From NCBI GenBank assembly GCA_030550295.1, contig JAUQPQ010000003.1, forward strand, positions 1-56,525: a stretch of DNA of 56,525 nt, given 5' to 3'. This document shows positions 10,333-19,153 of the stretch, piece after piece. The stretch comes from Chloroflexota bacterium. Lineage in GTDB: Bacteria; Chloroflexota; Dehalococcoidia; SM23-28-2; HRBIN24. Numbering within the stretch: the first letter of the stretch is position 1; each line of letters begins with the position of its first letter. The notes under the pieces were generated by a model. It searched no databases. It had not been told where the DNA came from and saw nothing but the letters and a program-made list of their open reading frames with translations. A program made the translations under genes and the position numbers.

Positions 10333-10649
10333 CTCTTTCTACCTCCTCTCTGAGGGCGACTCTCAACGCCTAGCGCAGGGCGCATTAGGCGGAAGCAGCT
10401 AGAGCAATAGACAGGCCTGTCCTGCCTGGGAAGGAATGGGACTTGCGTAGGGGCCCCACAACGGGAGCAGACGGCATCGTGCAAGGGGCGAGGTTGGGCC
10501 CCCGTGGCAGCCCGTCGCGCCTGGCGGCACTCAGGGCAACGCTTGGGGTCCTGATAGCCGCGGCTTGCGTGGAACTCCTGATCTTCTGCGGAGAAGGTGA
10601 AGACCTTCCCGCACTCGACACAAACTAACTCTCGATCCTGGTACACCAC
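10323..10649 (-). CDS. Zinc-ribbon protein with CxxC-x17-CxxC domain
   Basis: YQDRELVCVECGKVFTFSAEDQEFH...PKRCPECR followed by CSRCG...VPFLPRQDRPVYCSSCF. Confidence 0.85.
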   Translation of the reverse strand: MVYQDRELVCVECGKVFTFSAEDQEFHASRGYQDPKRCPECRQARRAATGAQPRPLHDAVCSRCGAPTQVPFLPRQDRPVYCSSCFRLMRPALGVESRPQRGGRKRWR

Positions 10650-10732
10650 CCGATGACCTCCTTCTTCTCGCTTGCCAGCCTGGTCTAACTTCGGTCATCG
10701 GGTGGAGCTGCAGAGTCAAGCGACCCGATACC
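10646..10732 (-). promoter_or_regulatory. Structured 5' UTR able to sequester the SD end and GTG start of the zinc-ribbon gene
   Basis: Perfect 13-bp inverted repeat 10646-10658 / 10693-10705, plus an alternative partner at 10723-10732. Confidence 0.55.
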
Positions 10733-10758
10733 AGAAGGCTAAACCTGGCTTCTTGCTA

Positions 10759-10787
10759 ATGTTACCATCGTCGGCACGCGTTGGCAA
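10759..10787 (-). promoter_or_regulatory. Sigma70-type promoter for the zinc-ribbon gene
   Basis: Minus strand TTGCCA-17 nt-TAACAT with extended TG. Confidence 0.55.
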
Positions 10788-10869
10788 CCCCATTATTGAT
10801 ATGCTGCATCCCCCAAAAACATGCCTCCCCATCCACCCTCTGCCAACTTATAATCTTACAAGCAACCAG

Positions 10870-11355
10870 ATGAGCGAGGCGTGGGCGGCCAGGGCCATAG
10901 ACCTTCTTGCCCAGAGAGGAGAGACCCTGGCTGTAATGGAGGGGTCGACGGGTGGGCTCCTTTCCCACTTGCTTACCCAGGTACCGGGGGCGTCACGCGT
11001 GTTTTTGGGTGGGGTAGTGGCCTATGGTAACCAACTTAAAGAGCAGGTGGGGGTACCCGGCAAGGTGCTCAAGGCCTTTGGCGCAGTAAGCGAGGAAGCT
11101 GCCCTGGCCATGGCTGAGGCAGCCCAAAGATGGGCAGGCGCTTCAATAGGGCTCGCTGTTACAGGGATCGCTGGCCCGACAGGCGGTAGCGCTGCCAAGC
11201 CCGTGGGCCTGACCTACGTCGCAGCGGTAGGACGGGGCATATCTCTATGCCGGGGTCAAACCTTACTGGGAGACCGCGGTCAGATCAAATATGAATCGGC
11301 CGTTATGGCCATTCGCCTACTCTTGGAGCTGGCTGAAAGGGAGGAGGAGAGATAG
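10870..11355 (+). CDS. CinA C-terminal domain / NMN deamidase (PncC-like)
   Basis: TLAVMEGSTGGLL, PGASRVFLGGVVAYGNQLK, GAVSEE, TGIAGPTGGSAAKPVG. Confidence 0.85.
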   Translation: MSEAWAARAIDLLAQRGETLAVMEGSTGGLLSHLLTQVPGASRVFLGGVVAYGNQLKEQVGVPGKVLKAFGAVSEEAALAMAEAAQRWAGASIGLAVTGIAGPTGGSAAKPVGLTYVAAVGRGISLCRGQTLLGDRGQIKYESAVMAIRLLLELAEREEER

Positions 11356-11846
11356 TGTCGTTGGAATCGACTCTCTTCCGGCGTATTATGTCCCAGTTCC
11401 CAACAGGGGTGACCGTGGTCACCACCCGTGTGGGGGACTACCTTCATGGCAGCACCGTTAACTCCTTTACTTCTGTCTCCCTGGAGCCAATGTTGGTGCT
11501 GGTCTGCTTGGACAAGAAGGGTGACACTCATGAGTTGTTGCTAAAGAGCGGCATCTTCGCTGTCAACATTTTGGCCCAGGAACAAGAAGGCATGTCTCGA
11601 CTTTTCGCTACCAAGGGTGAGGGCCATAGTCACAACCTTGACCAGGTGGCGTACAGGCTAGGAGTCACTGGGGCGCCTATCCTAGAGGGTTGCCTTGCCT
11701 ACCTTGACTGTGTGGTGGCCCACCGCTTTCCTGGCGGGGATCACACCATCTTCATAGGCGAGGTAGTGGATGGGGCCCTAATACGCGAAGCGCCTCCCCT
11801 CGTCTTCTTCCGGGGCAAGTACGTGCGTCTGCTTGAGAGCCCCTAG
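11355..11846 (+). CDS. Flavin reductase family protein
   Basis: [30 protein letters not shown]. Confidence 0.9.
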   Translation: MSLESTLFRRIMSQFPTGVTVVTTRVGDYLHGSTVNSFTSVSLEPMLVLVCLDKKGDTHELLLKSGIFAVNILAQEQEGMSRLFATKGEGHSHNLDQVAYRLGVTGAPILEGCLAYLDCVVAHRFPGGDHTIFIGEVVDGALIREAPPLVFFRGKYVRLLESP

Positions 11847-13018
11847 CGCTGCACCACCATGGCGATGCCCTGGCCTCCCCCGATACAAAGGGTGGCGAGG
11901 CCCAGGTGCGCCCCTCGTCGCCTCATCTCGTAGAGAAGGGTGACCAGGATGCGTGCCCCGCTCGCCCCTATGGGGTGGCCCAAGGCTATAGCGCCCCCGT
12001 TGACGTTGACCCGCTCCCAGTCCCAGCCAAGCTCGCGACCTACAGCTAACGATTGGGCAGCGAAGGCTTCATTGGCCTCAATAAGATCCACGTCCCTCAA
12101 GTCTATGCCTGCCTTTTCTAAGGCTTTGCGCGTGGCGGGGACCGGTCCCATCCCCATGATGCGAGGGGGCACGCCGGCGTTAGCATAAGAGCGTACCCAG
12201 GCAAGTGGCTCCAACCCCAACTCCTTAACCTTGCGCCTAGACGCTAGCACTACTGCTGCCGCGCCATCGTTAATGCCGGAGGCGTTGCCGGCTGTGACGG
12301 TGCCGTTGGAAGCGAAGGCGGGACGGAGGCGGGCCAGCTTCTCCGGGCTGGTATCGGGCCGGATATGCTCATCACGATCGACGACACTTGTGCCTTGTCG
12401 GCCCTGGATCTCTACTGGAGTCACCTCTTCGGCAAAGCGCCCCTCCTGCCAGGCTTTGGCAGCCTTCATGTGGCTCTCATATGCGAACCGATCCTGGTCC
12501 TCTCGTGATATTTCGTACTCACGCGCCACATTCTCGGCCGTGTTACCCATGTGACATTGTTCAAAGGCGCACCATAGGCCATCCTTGATCATGTGGTCTA
12601 CCACCTCTCCGTGTCCCATCCGGTAGCCGAAGCGGGCCCTGGGCAGAAGATAGGGGGCATAAGACATGCTTTCCATCCCACCTGCCACAATCACATCGGC
12701 TTCGCCAAGGGCGATAGCTTGCGCTGCGAGCACTACCGCTTTCAGGCCGGAGCCACACACTTTGTTAACAGTGGTCGCGGGGACACTTTCAGGCAGACCA
12801 GCCATCATAGCCGCCTGCCGTGCTGGGTTCATACCCAGCCCCGCCGACAGGACGTTGCCCATTATCACCTCTTCAACCTGATTAGCCTCGATCCCTGCCC
12901 GCCGGATAGCCTCTTTTATGGCTACAGCGCCAAGCTGTGGCGCTGGGACATCGCTCAAACTGCCGCCGAAAGAGCCTATGGGCGTTCTTGCCGCCCCAAC
13001 GATGGCGACTTCCTGCAT
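11843..13018 (-). CDS. phaA: Acetyl-CoA C-acetyltransferase (biosynthetic thiolase)
   Basis: [29 protein letters not shown]. Confidence 0.85.
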   Translation of the reverse strand: MQEVAIVGAARTPIGSFGGSLSDVPAPQLGAVAIKEAIRRAGIEANQVEEVIMGNVLSAGLGMNPARQAAMMAGLPESVPATTVNKVCGSGLKAVVLAAQAIALGEADVIVAGGMESMSYAPYLLPRARFGYRMGHGEVVDHMIKDGLWCAFEQCHMGNTAENVAREYEISREDQDRFAYESHMKAAKAWQEGRFAEEVTPVEIQGRQGTSVVDRDEHIRPDTSPEKLARLRPAFASNGTVTAGNASGINDGAAAVVLASRRKVKELGLEPLAWVRSYANAGVPPRIMGMGPVPATRKALEKAGIDLRDVDLIEANEAFAAQSLAVGRELGWDWERVNVNGGAIALGHPIGASGARILVTLLYEMRRRGAHLGLATLCIGGGQGIAMVVQR

Positions 13019-13046
13019 AACTTCCCCCTGTTTTGCTGTTTTGTCT

Positions 13047-13331
13047 TCATTGTAGCATAGCGTAAATGAAAAGCCCTGCTGCCGCCAGGACAGCCAGCCG
13101 AAGACGACGCGTAAGAGGTACGGGCCGCATACCCAGCAAGATGATCACCGCAGCTATGATGGGTGTAAGGAACACCCTAGCAGGATGCTCTGGCTGAAGG
13201 CCAGCGGCGCCTAAAATGGCGTGTAGGGCTATTGCGCACGCAAAAGATGCTACCGCCAGGAGGACTATCCGGCTGTATCTAGGACGTGTACCTGCCCGCG
13301 CAGGTGGCGGCAGGCCCTTCTTTTCCCTCAT
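13047..13331 (-). CDS. Small hypothetical membrane protein (about 3 TM)
   Basis: 94 aa hydrophobic ORF tightly packed between phaB and phaA on the same strand. Confidence 0.6.
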   Translation of the reverse strand: MREKKGLPPPARAGTRPRYSRIVLLAVASFACAIALHAILGAAGLQPEHPARVFLTPIIAAVIILLGMRPVPLTRRLRLAVLAAAGLFIYAMLQ

Positions 13332-13337
13332 GGCATA

Positions 13338-14084
13338 CTAGCGTAGGTACATGCCCCCATTAATATCAAAGGTGGCACCGGTAATGTAGTCGCCCTCGGC
13401 CACTAGGAAGCGGCATAGCTTGGCCACCTCTTCCGGCCGGCCGAACCTACCCATGGGGATACGGGCTAGCAGGCTCTTCTGAACATCCTCGGGTAGGCTT
13501 GTGACCATATCTGTCTCAATGAAGCCAGGGCAAACGGCGTTCACGGTGATGTTGAAGCGGGCCAGCTCTAAGGCTACAGCTTTGGTGAACCCCACGATCC
13601 CCGCCTTGGCCGCGGCATAGTTGGCTTGCCCTATGTTGCCCATCTGCCCCACGATGGAGGACATGTTGACGATCCTGCCACCGCCCCTCTGGATCATGTG
13701 GGGGACCACAGCCTGGGTGCAGTAGAATATGCTGTCCAGGTCAGTGGCGATCACCTCTCGCCACTCCTCCATGCTCATGCGCCGAAGCGTCCTGTCGCGG
13801 TTGACGCCAGCATTGTTGATGAGGATATCGATCCCACCAAAGGCTTCAACGGTGGCATCAACCAGCTTTTGTACCTCGTCTGGATGGGCTACTCCTGCCT
13901 GTACACATATGGCCTTGTGACCTTGACTGTGAAGCTCCTCAAGCAATTGCTCGGCTAGCTCCTTGTGCTGGTAATAGTTGATGGTCACCTTCGCCTTGTG
14001 AGAGGCTAGCTCCTTAGCTATAGCACGTCCTAGCCCCCGCGAACTCCCAGTGACAATGGCAACCCTATCGGACAGGCACGCCAT
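13338..14084 (-). CDS. phaB: Acetoacetyl-CoA reductase / 3-oxoacyl reductase (SDR)
   Basis: TGSSRGLG, NNAGVNRD, GQANYAAAK, PGFIETDMV, INGGMY; next to a thiolase. Confidence 0.75.
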   Translation of the reverse strand: MACLSDRVAIVTGSSRGLGRAIAKELASHKAKVTINYYQHKELAEQLLEELHSQGHKAICVQAGVAHPDEVQKLVDATVEAFGGIDILINNAGVNRDRTLRRMSMEEWREVIATDLDSIFYCTQAVVPHMIQRGGGRIVNMSSIVGQMGNIGQANYAAAKAGIVGFTKAVALELARFNITVNAVCPGFIETDMVTSLPEDVQKSLLARIPMGRFGRPEEVAKLCRFLVAEGDYITGATFDINGGMYLR

Positions 14085-14184
14085 TTTTGACCCCCTCCAC
14101 TATGTTTCCGCTCCTCCAGCCTATATCAGCGGAGGGAGTTCATTCAAGTTATAAATGAAACCTTAGGTGAGCATTAGGAAGTGT

Positions 14185-15864
14185 TTATATCGCCACGGGG
14201 GGCTGGTACTCGCCGAATATGCGGCGCATGACGCCACATATCTCGCCCAGGGTAGCGTAGGCCTGTACGGCTTCCATGATGGGCGGCATAAGGCTAGCTG
14301 AGTCGTGGCAGGCTTCCTCTAGACGCTTTAGGGCTGCCCTTACTTGGGCCTCGTCACGGTGACGGCGCACTTGCTTCAGCTTCTCCATTTGGGCCTGTTC
14401 GGCCTCCGGGTTGGTACGGAACACCATCTTGGGGCGCTCATTCTCCAGGCAGTACCGGTTCACTCCCACGATGATACGCCTTCCCTCGTCTACAGCTTTC
14501 TGGTGGGCGTAGGCTGCCTCTTGGATCTCTCTCTGCATGTAGCCCGACTCGATAGCTGCCACCGCCCCTCCCATGTCCTCGATCTTGTGCAGGTATTCCC
14601 AGGCCTTCTTCTCTAGCTGGTTGGTGAGCCACTCCACGTAGTAGGAGCCTGCCAGGGGGTCTACTGTATCGGTCACCCCTGTCTCGTAGGCGATGATCTG
14701 CTGAGTTCGCACGGCTATGCGTTGGGCCTCCTCTGTGGGGAGGGAGAGGGCCTCATCGTAACAGGAGAGGGCCAGGGACTGGACACCTCCCAGGACTGTG
14801 GCCAGGGCCTGGATAGCTGCCCGGACGATGTTTAGCTCAGGCTGTTGAGCGGTGAGGGTGGCCCCTCCCGTTTGGACATGCGTACGGAACATCCAGGAGC
14901 GGGGATCCTTAGCGTGGTAGCGCTCCCTCATGATACGGGCCCACATGCGACGCAGGGCCCGGTATTTGGCTATCTCCTCGAAGAAGTTGTTTTGAGTATT
15001 GAAAATCCAGGAGATGCGCGGGGCGAACTCGTCTATGTCTATTCCCCTCTCTAGGACGGCGTCCACATATGCTATGGCATTGGCGAAGGTGAAGGCCATC
15101 TCCTGCACAGCTGTCGCCCCGGCATCGCGGATGTGATAGCCCGATATGCTGATGGCGTTGAACTTGGGCATCTCTTTGGCGCACCAGGCGATGAGGTCGG
15201 CGGCCAGCCGCAGAGAGGGCTTAGGGGGGAATATATAGGTGCCACGCGCCACATATTCTTTCAAGATGTCGTTCTGTACCGTCCCCGATACCTGCGAGAG
15301 GGGAACCCCTTGCTTTCGGGCCACGATAGCGTACATGGCCACTATGACTGCGGCGGGGGCGTTGATGGTCATAGAAGTGCTCACCTTATCCAGAGGGATC
15401 CCGTCGAACAAGGCCTCCATGTCGGCCAACGTGTCGATGGCCACCCCCACCTTGCCCACTTCCCCTCTGGCATGTGGGTCATCGGAGTCATAGCCCAGTT
15501 GGGTAGGTAAGTCAAAGGCTACCGAGAGACCTGGCTGGCCTTCCTGAAGCAAGAACTTAAAGCGCTTGTTGGTTTCCTCGGCCGTCTCGTAGCCGGCGTA
15601 TTGGCGTATGGTCCACAGTCGGGTGCGGTACATGGTAGGGTGGATACCCCGGGTGTACGGGTATTGGCCAGGGAAGCCTATGTCTCTAAGGAAATCGATA
15701 TCGGCGATGTCCAGGGGCGTGTAGATGACCTTCGTCTCGGTGGAGCTGGTGGCGAATTCGGAGTCTTGGCGTTCCCCTCCCTTGCGCAGGGCTTCCTGGA
15801 GGATCGTCTTTTCCCACCGTTCCTGCTCCCGGCGGATGCGCTCCAGCTCTTCCTTGTCTAGCAT
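14185..15864 (-). CDS. B12-dependent acyl-CoA mutase, large (substrate-binding) subunit; candidate ethylmalonyl- or methylmalonyl-CoA mutase
   Basis: [48 protein letters not shown]; no C-terminal DxHxxG cobalamin-binding domain. Confidence 0.9.
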   Translation of the reverse strand: MLDKEELERIRREQERWEKTILQEALRKGGERQDSEFATSSTETKVIYTPLDIADIDFLRDIGFPGQYPYTRGIHPTMYRTRLWTIRQYAGYETAEETNKRFKFLLQEGQPGLSVAFDLPTQLGYDSDDPHARGEVGKVGVAIDTLADMEALFDGIPLDKVSTSMTINAPAAVIVAMYAIVARKQGVPLSQVSGTVQNDILKEYVARGTYIFPPKPSLRLAADLIAWCAKEMPKFNAISISGYHIRDAGATAVQEMAFTFANAIAYVDAVLERGIDIDEFAPRISWIFNTQNNFFEEIAKYRALRRMWARIMRERYHAKDPRSWMFRTHVQTGGATLTAQQPELNIVRAAIQALATVLGGVQSLALSCYDEALSLPTEEAQRIAVRTQQIIAYETGVTDTVDPLAGSYYVEWLTNQLEKKAWEYLHKIEDMGGAVAAIESGYMQREIQEAAYAHQKAVDEGRRIIVGVNRYCLENERPKMVFRTNPEAEQAQMEKLKQVRRHRDEAQVRAALKRLEEACHDSASLMPPIMEAVQAYATLGEICGVMRRIFGEYQPPVAI

Positions 15865-15873
15865 TTCATCCTC

Positions 15874-16371
15874 CTAATCTCTCACTTGAGGGAAAGAGTG
15901 GGGTATCCCCACCTCTCTCTTGGGTACCAGGACTGAGCGCCGGAAGCGCATCACTAGTTCCCCGTGCTGGTTGTAGGCTCGAGTCTCCACGCTGACGACC
16001 CCTCTATCAGGGTTAGAGCGGGATTCCCGTTTCTCTAGGACGGTGGTCTCAGAATAGATGGTGTCGCCGTGGAAGACAGGGCGCAGAAACTCGATCTTTT
16101 CAAAGCCTAGGTTGGCGATCGCCTTACCTGAGATGTCACGGACGCTTTGCCCAAGGGCTATATCCACCACCAGGTTGCCCACCACCACGTTGCGTCCGAA
16201 CTGGGTCTTCTTGCCATATTCGGCGTCTATGTGGAGGGGATGGTGGTTCATAGTAAGCATGCAGAAGAGGATGTCGTCCATATCGGTGATGGTACGTCCG
16301 GGCCAGTGCCTATAAGTGGCGCCTACCTCGAAGTCTTCGTAGTAGCGGCCAAACTCGTACGCTTCAGACAT
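15874..16371 (-). CDS. MaoC-family hydratase, probable mesaconyl-CoA hydratase (Streptomyces Mch-like)
   Basis: FGRYYEDFEVGATYRHWPGRTIT, LTMNHHPLH, DISGKAIANL, FHGDTIY resemble the MaoC gene of streptomycete ccr clusters as I recall it; SD GGAGG before ATG 16371. Confidence 0.7.
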   Translation of the reverse strand: MSEAYEFGRYYEDFEVGATYRHWPGRTITDMDDILFCMLTMNHHPLHIDAEYGKKTQFGRNVVVGNLVVDIALGQSVRDISGKAIANLGFEKIEFLRPVFHGDTIYSETTVLEKRESRSNPDRGVVSVETRAYNQHGELVMRFRRSVLVPKREVGIPHSFPQVRD

Positions 16372-16385
16372 GGTATCTACCTCCA

Positions 16386-17558
16386 TCATTCCCCGAACAT
16401 GCGCAGAATGTTGCGGGCGATGACTAAGCGCTGGATCTCGTTTGTGCCCTCGCCGATGAGCATAAGGGGGGTATCGCGGTAGTAGCGCTCTACTCGCATG
16501 TCCTTGGTATAGCCGATGCCGCCATGGATACGGAGGGCCTCAAGGGCCACCTCCTGCGCCACCTCTGAGGCGAAGAGTTTGGCCATGCCGCCCCACAGGT
16601 CGGCCCTCTCGCCACTGTCCTTCTTGGCGGCGGCGGCACGGGTGAGGAGGCGGGCTGCCTCTACCTTTGTGGCCATATCGGCTAGCTTGAGCTGGATAGC
16701 CTGATGCTCGGCGATGGGGCGGCCGAAGGTGACCCGCTGTTTGGCGTACCTTATGGCGTCCTCCAGGGCTGCAGTGGCCACCCCCACCGCCCGGGCCGCC
16801 ACGTTGATCCGCCCCACCTCGATGCCGCTCATGATGTGCAACCAACCCTGCCCCTCTTTCCCCCCAAGGAGATTCGCCTCTGGCACCCGGGCATCTTCGA
16901 AGTAGAATATGGTGGTGTCTATGCCTTTGTACCCCAGTTTCTGGATCTGGCCCCCTACGGTGAGGCCTGGCGTAGACTTCTTCTCTACCAACAAGGCGCT
17001 CATGCCCCTGTAGGGGGGCTCGGCTTCAGGATCGGTTTTGACGAGGACGGCGAATAGATGGCCATATATCCCGTTGGAGACGAACATCTTGGTGCCATTG
17101 AGCACATAGAAGCCATCGTGACGGCGGGCTATCGTCTGGATGGATTGGAGGTCAGAGCCGGCGTTGGGTTCCGTCATACAGATGCCGCAGTGGATTTCGC
17201 CGCTTGCTATGTGGGGCAGAAAGCGCGTCTTCTGGTCCTCGGTGCCGAACTGGCTTATCATCCATGAGACGATGACGCTGCCGTTAATGATGCCGCCCAG
17301 GCTCATCCAGCCGCGGGAAAGCTCCTCCACTATGGCTGCATAGGTTACAAGGGATAGGCCTAGGCCTCCATATTCGGGCGGCACGGCCACCCCAAAAAGG
17401 CCCATCTCTTTCATCTTGCGTACCAGCTCGTGAGGATACTCGTCCCGGTGGTCCAGATCCGAGGCGATGGGTATGACTTCTTTCTCCACGAAGCGGCGCA
17501 CCTGGGCGACGATCATTTGCTCTTCCTCTGAAAGGGTGGCCATGGTGGGCAAAGGCAT
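16386..17558 (-). CDS. Acyl-CoA dehydrogenase, probable methylsuccinyl-CoA dehydrogenase (Streptomyces-type)
   Basis: HRDEYP, EELSRGWMSLGGIIN, KLGYKGIDTT, EVGRINVAAR, KKDSGERADL, LIGEGTNEIQ; SD AAGGAG before ATG 17558; ccr cluster context. Confidence 0.7.
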   Translation of the reverse strand: MPLPTMATLSEEEQMIVAQVRRFVEKEVIPIASDLDHRDEYPHELVRKMKEMGLFGVAVPPEYGGLGLSLVTYAAIVEELSRGWMSLGGIINGSVIVSWMISQFGTEDQKTRFLPHIASGEIHCGICMTEPNAGSDLQSIQTIARRHDGFYVLNGTKMFVSNGIYGHLFAVLVKTDPEAEPPYRGMSALLVEKKSTPGLTVGGQIQKLGYKGIDTTIFYFEDARVPEANLLGGKEGQGWLHIMSGIEVGRINVAARAVGVATAALEDAIRYAKQRVTFGRPIAEHQAIQLKLADMATKVEAARLLTRAAAAKKDSGERADLWGGMAKLFASEVAQEVALEALRIHGGIGYTKDMRVERYYRDTPLMLIGEGTNEIQRLVIARNILRMFGE

Positions 17559-17592
17559 AGCTTGCTCCTTTATTAAAGTTTCTGCTGGCTCC

Positions 17593-17659
17593 AGTGTAAG
17601 GCCACGAGAGGGCCTTGACAAGGGCAGTGCCTTGACCCATCCCCCCTCCCCCCCTACAC
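17593..17659. promoter_or_regulatory. Back-to-back divergent sigma70 promoters between the mcd and mcl candidates
   Basis: Minus: TTGTCA(17621-17616)-17-TACACT(17598-17593). Plus: TTGACC(17632-17637)-16-TACACT(17654-17659). Confidence 0.55.
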
Positions 17660-17693
17660 TGGAGGCCGACAGCACCATATATTAGGAGGCACC

Positions 17694-18722
17694 ATGTTTT
17701 ACCTCGAGAAGCAGAACCGGATGGTAATACCTAGGACGGAGCTCACCTATCCTGCTCATCAGATGCGCTTCCACGAGAACGCGGCCAAGGCCCCTGTAGA
17801 CCACGTCATGGCCGACTTCGAGGACGCTTGTCCCTACGAATACAAAGGAGAGGCAAGCCGTCGAGTAGCTGTGGAGGCGCTAAACACCATCGACTTCGGC
17901 GATAAGGTGGTGACGGTGCGCCCCAACAACATTCGCTCCCCTTACTTCCTAGGGGATCTCCAGGCGGTGATGGTGGGCGCACCAGACCGCTTTCATGGCA
18001 TCGTCCTGCCCAAGGTGTACAGCCCAGAGGACATAGTATACGTTTCCAGCCTTCTGGACGCCCTGGAGAAAGAGGGTGGGTGGACTACGCGCGTCCAGAT
18101 AGAGGCGCTCATCGAGACCCCCCAGGCCTTAGTACGGGCCTATGAGATCGCCACCGCATCGGATCGGATGGCGGGTCTCATCTTTGGCATCGCCGACTTT
18201 GCCGCTTCCATCGGGGCGAAGGAGTATGTGGAGGATCAGCACAAGTATTTCTTGTACCCCAAGCAGGCTGTTGTTGTGGCAGCCAAGGCGGCTGGCCTCC
18301 ATGCCATTGACTGCGTCTACTTCCGTATAGTGCGTAGGGACACCCCTCCTGAGGAGGCGAGGGAGATAGAGGAGGGGCTCAGGCGTAAGAACATGGAGGC
18401 GGCCAATCTGGGGATGGATGGCTCCTGGATAATCCACCCCTCTCAGGCTCAGATAGTTAACGAATGCTATACCCCTAGCGACGAGGAGGTGGAGCGGGCC
18501 CGCAGAGCTATCGAGGCATACTATAAGGCAGGTGGCGGCTCCATCATCAACCCTGAGACAGGAGAGTTCGAGGACGATGCTACTGTTAAGGCCAAGCTGA
18601 TGCTATTGGCCAAGGCCGTGCAGGCAGGCAAGCTCACCAAGGATTATCTGGACGAGCTGGCCCGCCGCTCGGCCGAGATTACAGGCTATAACATTCTCAA
18701 GGTTATGAGGCGGATGGGTTAG
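17694..18722 (+). CDS. CitE/HpcH-family CoA-ester lyase, probable malyl-CoA/beta-methylmalyl-CoA lyase
   Basis: ADFEDA, VRPN, LPKV, ALIETP, FGIADF, AIDCVY, WIIHPSQ; ccr cluster context. Confidence 0.75.
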   Translation: MFYLEKQNRMVIPRTELTYPAHQMRFHENAAKAPVDHVMADFEDACPYEYKGEASRRVAVEALNTIDFGDKVVTVRPNNIRSPYFLGDLQAVMVGAPDRFHGIVLPKVYSPEDIVYVSSLLDALEKEGGWTTRVQIEALIETPQALVRAYEIATASDRMAGLIFGIADFAASIGAKEYVEDQHKYFLYPKQAVVVAAKAAGLHAIDCVYFRIVRRDTPPEEAREIEEGLRRKNMEAANLGMDGSWIIHPSQAQIVNECYTPSDEEVERARRAIEAYYKAGGGSIINPETGEFEDDATVKAKLMLLAKAVQAGKLTKDYLDELARRSAEITGYNILKVMRRMG

Positions 18723-19140
18723 GGGCCGGGTCCAACAAAACTGTGGCCTCACCCGTCAGTACCGGTTGGCCCGCCTGATTGTAACACTCGGTTCGTAGGG
18801 TAACGAGCCTTTTCTCATAGTCTATGGCGGTCACCTCTGCCGTAGCTGTCACTGTGTCCCCTACAAAGACGGGGCGCAGGAAACGTAAACTTTGCCCCAC
18901 GTAGATGACGCAGCTGTGCGGGGCAACCTTGGTGCCCAGGGCAGCCGAGATAAGGCTTGCCGTTAGCATCCCATGGACTACGCAGCGACCGAAGCGAGTG
19001 CCGGCGGCATAGCTTTCATCCAAATGAAGTGGGTTCGTGTCGCCAGTGACCTGAGCGAACAAGCGGACGTCCTCAGAAGTGATGGTCTTTTCTATCTGTA
19101 CTTTCTGGCCCACTTCCACTCCCATAAGCGCCACGGCCAC
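18703..19140 (-). CDS. (R)-specific enoyl-CoA hydratase (MaoC/PhaJ/CroR-like)
   Basis: FAQVTGDTNPLHLD, VVHGML, FLRPVFVGD. Confidence 0.85.
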   Translation of the reverse strand: MAVALMGVEVGQKVQIEKTITSEDVRLFAQVTGDTNPLHLDESYAAGTRFGRCVVHGMLTASLISAALGTKVAPHSCVIYVGQSLRFLRPVFVGDTVTATAEVTAIDYEKRLVTLRTECYNQAGQPVLTGEATVLLDPAPNPSAS

Positions 19141-19153
19141 TACCTCCTTGGCA

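Noticed and set aside
11843-14084. PHA synthesis operon (phaA/phaB)
   Set aside because: No phaC or phasin in the window; the ccr context explains these genes better.
14185-15864. Firm call as canonical Ecm, ICM or HCM
   Set aside because: It lacks the Ecm RTYAGH motif and fused B12 domain, and has Tyr rather than Phe or Ile in RQxAG. Left as a candidate only.
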